From an uncultured Planctomycetia bacterium (GTDB lineage Bacteria > Omnitrophota > Gorgyraeia > Duberdicusellales > 4484-171): 64,000 bases of DNA. Location of the stretch: the NCBI GenBank assembly GCA_964629655.1, contig CAZVQU010000002.1:76643-140642 (forward strand), in the 5' to 3' direction. Positions 57,296 through 64,000 of this stretch are shown one piece after another. Positions within the stretch are counted from its first letter, which is position 1. Every line of letters starts with the position of its first letter. The notes under the pieces are model-generated. The model saw nothing but the letters and a program-made list of their open reading frames with translations, was not told the origin of the DNA and made no database searches. Made by a program: the position numbers and the translations under genes.

Positions 57296-58897
57296 ATGGA
57301 GACTAACAGAATGAAAACCTTTAAAGGCCTTGGGTTATCTGAGGCAACTTTGGAAATATTAAAGAAAAGAGGTTTTGAAGTGCCTACGTCGATTCAGGAA
57401 AGAGTGATTCCGACTATACTCACTCAAAGCTATGACATCGTTGGCCAAGCTCAGACTGGAACCGGAAAAACTGCTGCTTTTGGCCTTCCGATACTTGAGA
57501 AGATGAAAGGACATACCGGGGTAGTGCAGGTTTTGGTGCTTACTCCGACTCGAGAGTTAGCGATTCAGGTAGCTGAGGAGATCTACTCACTCAAGGGGAA
57601 AAAAAGATTAAGTATTGTTCCGATATATGGCGGACAGTCAATATCTCTACAGTTACGCAGCTTAAAAAAAGGAGTTGATATTGTAGTCGGCACCCCGGGG
57701 AGAATACTTGATCATATCCGACGCCGTACTTTAAAACTGAAAAACATATCCTACCTTGTTTTGGATGAAGCCGATGAGATGTTAAACATGGGTTTTCTTG
57801 AAGACGTTAAGAAAATCATGGCTGAGACCGGTCCAGATAAACGAACTATGCTATTCTCAGCCACAATGCCCAATGAAATAATGCAAATTGCTAAAAAATA
57901 TATGGGCGAATACAAGTTGTTTAAAGTGTCTGAGGGACAACTGACTGTTAGCCAAACCGATCAGATTTATTTTGAAGTTTCAGTAAGTGATAAATTTGAA
58001 GCCCTCTGCAGAATCATAGACATAGAAGAGGAGTTCTATGGACTTATTTTTTGCCGGACCAAAGTAGATGTTGATAATGTTGCCAACCGTTTAATTGAAC
58101 GTGGTTATGACGCCGACGCCTTACACGGGGACATGTCACAGGCATTAAGAGGAAAAATACTCAGTAAATTCAAAAAGCAGACAATTAATGTCTTGGTAGC
58201 TACTGATGTCGCTTCACGCGGTATTGACGTACAGAATCTCACCCATGTTATTAACTATTCTCTTCCTCAGGACCCCGAATCATATGTCCACAGGATCGGA
58301 CGTACCGGAAGAGCCGGCAAAAAAGGAAATGCCATAACTTTTATTACACCGGCAGAGTATCGAAAATTACAATTTATCAAAAGAAAGGCTCAGACCGATA
58401 TCCGTAAAGCAAAATTACCACGGGTTAAGGATGTAATCCGGGCAAAAAAAATCAGAATTAAGACTCGTCTCACCGATATTGTAAAGGCTGAACTTACCGA
58501 TGAATACCGCCGGATGTCTCAAGAGCTGCTTAGGGAAAATAATCCTGAAGATATACTAGCTGCTATTTTGCAGAATTCTTTTGGTAAGGAGCTCGATGAG
58601 AAAAAATACAGCGAGATCGGAAACATCGGAAGCAAAGGCATCGACTTAAAAGGTAAGACCCGACTGTTCGTACGAGGAGGAAAAGGAGACGGGTTGACAA
58701 TTATTAAGCTCATCGATATTATCAAAAATAAGTGTAACATTGACGGACGAAAAATACAGGATATTCAGCTTTTTGATAAGTTTTCTTTTATCAGTCTTCC
58801 CTTTAATGAAGCTGAGAAGGTTTTGGCCTATTTTGGAAGTACAAGAGGAGGGTCCCGTCTAGTTATTGTTAAGGCTAAGAAAAAACGGTCAAAATAA
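57296..58897 (+). CDS. DEAD-box ATP-dependent RNA helicase (DeaD/CsdA-like with C-terminal extension)
   Basis: AQTGTGKT, DEAD, SAT and HRIGRTGRAG motifs. Confidence 0.9.
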   Translation: METNRMKTFKGLGLSEATLEILKKRGFEVPTSIQERVIPTILTQSYDIVGQAQTGTGKTAAFGLPILEKMKGHTGVVQVLVLTPTRELAIQVAEEIYSLKGKKRLSIVPIYGGQSISLQLRSLKKGVDIVVGTPGRILDHIRRRTLKLKNISYLVLDEADEMLNMGFLEDVKKIMAETGPDKRTMLFSATMPNEIMQIAKKYMGEYKLFKVSEGQLTVSQTDQIYFEVSVSDKFEALCRIIDIEEEFYGLIFCRTKVDVDNVANRLIERGYDADALHGDMSQALRGKILSKFKKQTINVLVATDVASRGIDVQNLTHVINYSLPQDPESYVHRIGRTGRAGKKGNAITFITPAEYRKLQFIKRKAQTDIRKAKLPRVKDVIRAKKIRIKTRLTDIVKAELTDEYRRMSQELLRENNPEDILAAILQNSFGKELDEKKYSEIGNIGSKGIDLKGKTRLFVRGGKGDGLTIIKLIDIIKNKCNIDGRKIQDIQLFDKFSFISLPFNEAEKVLAYFGSTRGGSRLVIVKAKKKRSK

Positions 58898-58944
58898 TCG
58901 GGAGTGCTAGCAGATAATCATTTTTTTAAAAAAAGGAGGTAAGC

Positions 58945-59334
58945 ATGGCATCAGTATTTCTAGCTCAACTTCTTGGACCTTATTGCATAATCGTAGCAAT
59001 AGGAGTTCTTCTTAACCAGAAAATCTATCATAAGGTTATGGAGGATTTCTTTAAAAACTCTGCAGTAGTTTACATCGGCGGAATATTTGCGCTTTTCCTT
59101 GGACTTCTCATCGTACTAACTCACAATATATGGACAGCTAACTGGGCTGTATTTATTACAATTTTTGGTTGGTCTGGAATCATCAAAGGTGTCTGCATAA
59201 TTGTCTTCCCGAATAAATTGGCCAAATTTGTCGAGATATACCAAAAAAAGCCAGCCCTATTAGTGGTTAATTTACTCTTGGTTCTTGCTATTGGCGCAAT
59301 TTTAACCTTTTTTGGCTACTTTTACTTTGCATAG
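58945..59334 (+). CDS. Hypothetical membrane protein
   Basis: Four predicted TM helices. AGGAGG RBS. Confidence 0.5.
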   Translation: MASVFLAQLLGPYCIIVAIGVLLNQKIYHKVMEDFFKNSAVVYIGGIFALFLGLLIVLTHNIWTANWAVFITIFGWSGIIKGVCIIVFPNKLAKFVEIYQKKPALLVVNLLLVLAIGAILTFFGYFYFA

Positions 59335-59391
59335 AACTCATTTGTTTAGGTTCAATCTCAAACTGAAACTAAAAATTCGGAGTAACTAGGA

Positions 59392-60357
59392 ATGAGAAAA
59401 ATAATTATGTATAGTGGGATTATTATCTTTCTTATTTTGTCCCTTCTCGCGATTGCTCTGGCCAGTGCTGAATCAGAATTATTACCTTCTCATAAGCAAA
59501 AGATCTTGAAAATTCTTAATACTATCGAAAAAGAAAAAGAGGAGATGGCAAGACTGAGAAAGAAACAAGCCGATTTAGAAAAGGGTGAAGATGAAGACTA
59601 CAATAATCTTCCTTTGGTAAGAGATTTGCAAAGAGAGGGCAAAGAGATTGTGGCTTCTTCGGTAGGTAAACAGTTAGAAAAAAATATACAAGAGTGGAAT
59701 AACTCCGCTCAAACCAAACCAATGGCTGATTTCCTTAATCAGGAAGAGGAAGCAGCCCTCCAGCAACTAATGTATATATCCGATGAGCTAGATGAGATAT
59801 ACGCCGATGAGTTGGCCAAGCTATCTCGGCTTAAACACAGCTCAGAAGAAATTTTAGTTTACAATAATGAGAAGTTAAGGAATTTTAAAGAAAAATACGG
59901 TAGCGATGCTATTGCTGAAATTAGAGAAGAGTTCGGAGCCAGGAAAAAAGGAAAACGCAAGGAAGGGGAAACATTAGATGCAACTGCCAACTACTACAAC
60001 TGTCTTCGTGCCTGTTGTATAAAGATGGGCGGTGAATGGGTAACCGATGCAGAAAGCCAGAAGCTAACTGACAAGATATCCCAAGCCATAGAAGAGGCGA
60101 ATGAAAGCCTCTCAGGAGCGGATCAGGTAAGGACAGACTTTATGCAGGGGGACGACGCACCCTGCTTCATTAGACTTCCTCCGATGATTAAACCATATCC
60201 TGATGAAAAAGGTTGCTATTTTAATAAATGTAGCGAGAGGAATAGTAAGACTTTCTTTTTAAATGAAGATTGCGCCGATACAAATGCCTGTGGCGAAAGA
60301 GCTCGGAAGGACTACGTTGAAGAACAGGAAATAATGATAAAGAAATACCGGCGTTAA
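59392..60357 (+). CDS. Secreted hypothetical protein with Cys-rich C-terminus
   Basis: Signal peptide. No recognisable motif. Confidence 0.45.
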   Translation: MRKIIMYSGIIIFLILSLLAIALASAESELLPSHKQKILKILNTIEKEKEEMARLRKKQADLEKGEDEDYNNLPLVRDLQREGKEIVASSVGKQLEKNIQEWNNSAQTKPMADFLNQEEEAALQQLMYISDELDEIYADELAKLSRLKHSSEEILVYNNEKLRNFKEKYGSDAIAEIREEFGARKKGKRKEGETLDATANYYNCLRACCIKMGGEWVTDAESQKLTDKISQAIEEANESLSGADQVRTDFMQGDDAPCFIRLPPMIKPYPDEKGCYFNKCSERNSKTFFLNEDCADTNACGERARKDYVEEQEIMIKKYRR

Positions 60358-60410
60358 AATATAGACAGATTCATTAAAGCGACTATCAGTAAAGCAAGGA
60401 AAGAGGTAAT

Positions 60411-60800
60411 ATGTACACAAAAAAAATCGTAGACAAAAGGGAATATATAAGATTTAACTCCGAAGGTAAAATTAATCTTCAAATTCAAAAGAAAGGACAA
60501 GACCAAACTCCTTCTGATAAGACTTCTACCATAGCTAAAAATTTGAGCATTAAAGGGATTTGTTTTATCTACGATAAGAATTTAACACCCGGCGATATTA
60601 TTAAGTTGGAAATCGTTCTTCTTCCTCAAACGCGGCCTTTGCATTTAGAAGGACAGGTAAAGTGGGTTAACCCCCTAAAGCCAACCGAGAATACAGAAGT
60701 ATTTGAGACCGGGGTAGAGCTTTTTACACTTAAAGAAAATGACGAAAGCCGATTTATTAAATATACATTTGAAAAAGTGATCGGGTGTTTAAGCCAATAA
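60411..60800 (+). CDS. PilZ-like domain protein
   Basis: REYIRF and LSIKGICFIY fit a PilZ-like pattern. Confidence 0.4.
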   Translation: MYTKKIVDKREYIRFNSEGKINLQIQKKGQDQTPSDKTSTIAKNLSIKGICFIYDKNLTPGDIIKLEIVLLPQTRPLHLEGQVKWVNPLKPTENTEVFETGVELFTLKENDESRFIKYTFEKVIGCLSQ

Positions 60801-60899
60801 CTGCACATTTAAGGAAGCCGGTTGCGGATATCCTCAACCGCCCCCCTGAAGTACAGCTAACCGAATTATACTCACAATCTAACTAACAAAAGGAGTTAT

Positions 60900-61571
60900 A
60901 TGCAACTAAATGGACCATTAGCACTTCATTCGAACAACCAGAATACCGGCTTAGCTGACATGGACGCTTCAGCTGTAAGAGACCAAGTTAGGAAAGCTAC
61001 TTTAGATTTCAAAAACTCCTGGCGTAATTTAGCCCAGGCTTTACATACAGTATTTACCGATAAGCTTTACCGTAATTGGGGTTACGATAAATTTGATCAA
61101 TACACCGAAAAAGAAGTCCACATACGAAAGCACACTGCAATGAAGCTTATTCGTTCTTATGCTTTTCTTGAGTCAGAAGAGGAATCACTGCACCTAACCT
61201 ACGGAGGAGAAGATAAGTCTTCTGAGAATAGGCCTGCTTTAACCCTTGAGGCCACTGATATCCTCCGCAAGGCAAAAAAATCCTTAGATGAAGACGGTTA
61301 TCAAAAGGTAAAAAAAGATCTTATAGATGAAAGTAAAGGGTCAAAGGAAGTAAAAAAGGACTTAACCGCACTAATAATGAAACGCCGAAAAGATATTAAT
61401 CCCGAGGAAGAAAGAACTAAGAATAGAAAGATAACTATCAACCGCTTTTTAGGCCTTTTAAGGGCATTTAAAAGTGAAATTGAAGTGCTTAAGATACTTC
61501 CCGGCACCGTAGCCGAGGAAATCGAACAACTACTTAAAAGCATCCAAAAACATGAGATTGAAAAAACTTGA
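60900..61571 (+). CDS. Hypothetical protein
   Basis: AAGGAG RBS. No recognisable motif. Confidence 0.4.
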   Translation: MQLNGPLALHSNNQNTGLADMDASAVRDQVRKATLDFKNSWRNLAQALHTVFTDKLYRNWGYDKFDQYTEKEVHIRKHTAMKLIRSYAFLESEEESLHLTYGGEDKSSENRPALTLEATDILRKAKKSLDEDGYQKVKKDLIDESKGSKEVKKDLTALIMKRRKDINPEEERTKNRKITINRFLGLLRAFKSEIEVLKILPGTVAEEIEQLLKSIQKHEIEKT

Positions 61572-61602
61572 AATATTTTATATTACGCTTAACATCTAAT
61601 AT

Positions 61603-63522
61603 ATGCTTACTCTAAATAACCTTTCGAAAAGCTACGGGGTAAGGACCCTTTTTGAAGGCATAAACCTTACTATTAACCGAGGAGTCAAGTGTGGTTTGGT
61701 CGGGCCTAACGGAACCGGCAAAAGTACTCTTTTTTCGATCATTCTCGGTTTAGAAGAATCAACATCGGGGGTAGTGCAGATAAATAAAAATGTCCATATC
61801 GGATATTTGCCGCAGGAAGCATCTTTTAAATCTAAGGCCTCTGTTTTATCTGAGACAATGAAAGGTGATGAAACCATAAAGCGTCTGGTTAAAGAAAAGC
61901 AAGAGATGGAGGAACAGGGTGAAGCCGGATCAAAACACTACGGAAATATCTTACATGATTTAGAATTCAGGGGTTACTTTAGTTTAGAGCATAAAGCTGA
62001 GAAAATCCTTACCGGCTTAGGTTTCAATGAAAAAACACTTCAACAACCGGTAAATGAACTCAGCGGCGGATGGCAAATGCGAGTCTTACTTGCCCGGCTC
62101 CTGACCTGCCATTACGATATACTTCTTCTTGATGAGCCAATGAACCATCTTGACCTAGCTGCGGCCATATGGTTTAAGGATTACCTGCTGGGCTTCTCAG
62201 GAACCTTTATTATGATTTCACACGATAAAGACTTTCTAGATCAAGTAACTAACCACATACTGGTGTTAGAGAATGAAACCATAGTTAAAGTTAAAGGTAA
62301 CTACCAAAATTACCAAAAGATACAACAAGAAAAGTTAAGCCACCTCTTAAAGCAATCAATCGAACAGGAAAAAAAACGCAAGCAACTACAGGATTTTATC
62401 TACCAGTTTCACGGCCAACCGACTAAAGCTGCTCAGGTCCGGGCCAAAAGAAGAATTATCGAAAAAATGGAAGCGATAAACGTGCCTTTGCGCCGCCGGG
62501 ATAGTATAAGAAATTTCACCTTTCCCAGCACTGAGAAAAGCGGATATCAGGTTATCGAATTAAAAAAGATATCGAAGTCATACGGGGATATAAAAGTATA
62601 CCAGGATTTTGATTTTGAAATAAGCCGGGAAGAAAAGGCAGTATTAGTAGGCGAGAATGGAGCCGGAAAATCTACCCTGCTTAAAATATTGGCCGGAGTA
62701 ATCGACGCTGATAGCGGACAACGCTGTTTGGGCCACAATGTAACTATAGGCTACTTCTCACAGCAGCGCATGGAAGTCTTAAGCTCCACAAACACAGTAT
62801 ATGATGAAGTATATTACGCTGCCAGAGGTAATCTATCCGGAGAAAGAGTAAGAACAATATTGAGTTTATTCCTATTCACCGGAGATGATGTTGAAAAAAA
62901 AGTAAGCGTCTTATCGGGAGGGGAGAAGAGCCGTCTTATTTTAGCAAAACTACTGATTAACCCCCCAAACTTTCTTCTACTTGATGAACCTACAATCCAC
63001 TTGGATATTGATGCTGTAGAGGCCTTAATCAAGGCCCTTACGGCTTACCAAGGAACTCTGGTATTTATAAGCCATGATATACACTTTGTCCGTTCTGTAG
63101 CTAATACTGTCTTCGATGTTAAGGACGGGGAGATAAGGAAATTTCCCGGTAACTTTGATTATTACTGGAGAAGAGTCAAAAGCGGAGAACTAGACAAAGA
63201 AACAGCCGTATCAAAAGATAAATTAAAACCTAAAAAAATTAAGTCAAAGAAAAAAAATAAACCAACAGTCGAAAAGGAAGTTATCAATCCCAAGAAGCAT
63301 AACTTTAAAACCGCCAAAATGATAAAGACACTGAGAAAGGAAAAGGAGAAACTTGAGCTTGAAAATTATGCTAAAAGCCGCAGCTTAAATAATAAAAAGG
63401 GGTTCCACAGCAAACAGACAGACCAGGCTTATCGTAAGCGCTTGAAGGAAATTGAGATACGCCTCAAAGAGATAGCCGAGGAAATTCCCCGGCTTAAGGA
63501 TTCATTCATTAAAACGGCTTGA
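61603..63522 (+). CDS. ABC-F family ATPase (two ABC domains, no TM domain)
   Basis: Two Walker A sites (GPNGTGKST, GENGAGKST) and two LSGG signatures with a linker. C-terminal basic coiled-coil. Confidence 0.85.
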   Translation: MLTLNNLSKSYGVRTLFEGINLTINRGVKCGLVGPNGTGKSTLFSIILGLEESTSGVVQINKNVHIGYLPQEASFKSKASVLSETMKGDETIKRLVKEKQEMEEQGEAGSKHYGNILHDLEFRGYFSLEHKAEKILTGLGFNEKTLQQPVNELSGGWQMRVLLARLLTCHYDILLLDEPMNHLDLAAAIWFKDYLLGFSGTFIMISHDKDFLDQVTNHILVLENETIVKVKGNYQNYQKIQQEKLSHLLKQSIEQEKKRKQLQDFIYQFHGQPTKAAQVRAKRRIIEKMEAINVPLRRRDSIRNFTFPSTEKSGYQVIELKKISKSYGDIKVYQDFDFEISREEKAVLVGENGAGKSTLLKILAGVIDADSGQRCLGHNVTIGYFSQQRMEVLSSTNTVYDEVYYAARGNLSGERVRTILSLFLFTGDDVEKKVSVLSGGEKSRLILAKLLINPPNFLLLDEPTIHLDIDAVEALIKALTAYQGTLVFISHDIHFVRSVANTVFDVKDGEIRKFPGNFDYYWRRVKSGELDKETAVSKDKLKPKKIKSKKKNKPTVEKEVINPKKHNFKTAKMIKTLRKEKEKLELENYAKSRSLNNKKGFHSKQTDQAYRKRLKEIEIRLKEIAEEIPRLKDSFIKTA

Positions 63523-63551
63523 GTCGATCGTTTTTCAGGATATAATAAATT

Positions 63552-63722
63552 ATGAAGTTTTTATTATTTATATTTCGAATATTCTTATTTTACTTTATAC
63601 TGAAAGTTCTCCTCCGGGCTTTTCTCTTCTTTGTTCTTTCCTCAAGAGCCGCCAGACAGAAAAAGTCAAAACAGGCCCACTCCGGAAAAAATATTATTGA
63701 TGCCGAGTATAAAGAGCTCTGA
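63552..63722 (+). CDS. 56-aa small membrane protein (DUF4834-like ending ...DAEYKEL), putative
   Basis: One TM helix then a basic stretch. No clear SD. Confidence 0.3.
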   Translation: MKFLLFIFRIFLFYFILKVLLRAFLFFVLSSRAARQKKSKQAHSGKNIIDAEYKEL

Positions 63723-63724
63723 CT

Positions 63725-64000
63725 GTGATAATTGAAATTGAAGGTATCGGGCCGGTATTATTTAAAAAGTCTAAATTCCCCAGAAAGAATCTTACCATAT
63801 CTATAAAACCATCAAATCCGGTTAAAGTTATAATGCCTAGAGGATTATCGTTTAAACAAGCTAAAGATTTCCTTCGGCAAAAGAAAGATTGGATAAATAA
63901 GAGTTTAGACAGGCTCAATTTTTTAAAGGAGAAACATAAAAGTACTTTACAGGATATCTCATCTTTAAGCCCTAACCAGCAAAAGATAAAACTTATTCAG
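63725..64000 (+). CDS. DUF45/YgjP-like (WLM/M48-related) protein, 5' partial, runs off window
   Basis: GTG start. IEIEGIGPVLFKKSKFPRKNLTISIKPSNPVKVIMPRGLSFKQAKDFLRQKKDWINK resembles the DUF45 N-terminus. Confidence 0.45.
   Translation, partial: MIIEIEGIGPVLFKKSKFPRKNLTISIKPSNPVKVIMPRGLSFKQAKDFLRQKKDWINKSLDRLNFLKEKHKSTLQDISSLSPNQQKIKLIQ

Overview
The window is AT-rich (about 38-40% GC) and almost entirely coding (~65 predicted genes). It looks like part of the chromosome of an uncultivated anaerobic diderm bacterium. This is an inference from the Rnf complex, a PPi-type phosphofructokinase, TonB, HflK/HflC and a GspG-like pseudopilin domain; I cannot assign a phylum from sequence alone. The start of the window carries the alternative polyamine pathway on the minus strand (speH, carboxynorspermidine dehydrogenase and decarboxylase). 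These genes are flanked by two copies of an ~80-nt conserved non-coding element. Next come a tRNA-Thr, an MFS transporter, the rnfCDGEAB operon plus an RseC-like gene, and purN. An FtsH gene lies divergent from two tandem paralogous secreted Cys-rich proteins followed by hflK-hflC. purU is followed by a carbohydrate ABC uptake locus containing two GH2-like TIM-barrel paralogs and a tandem-repeat binding protein. A 1180-aa signal-peptide protein with an embedded archaeal-type (SCNTT) GAPDH domain and a second partial catalytic-domain copy sits behind a promoter, a leader hairpin with a U-tract, and a perfect 16-bp palindrome. The window continues with a conserved aroQ-pepP-efp-accB-accC block, a PPi-PFK, heptose and thiamine genes, and tRNA-Gly. 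A c-di-GMP-flavoured stretch follows (an HD-GYP protein, three PilZ proteins and a small zinc ribbon). The remainder holds AmmeMemoRadiSam components, a Sec-type GspG-domain protein, a tandem-domain ThyX, a histone-H1-like poly-Lys protein fused to a beta-barrel domain, a PLD, a DEAD-box helicase and an ABC-F ATPase. I found no CRISPR array, rRNA, or transposase/integrase.
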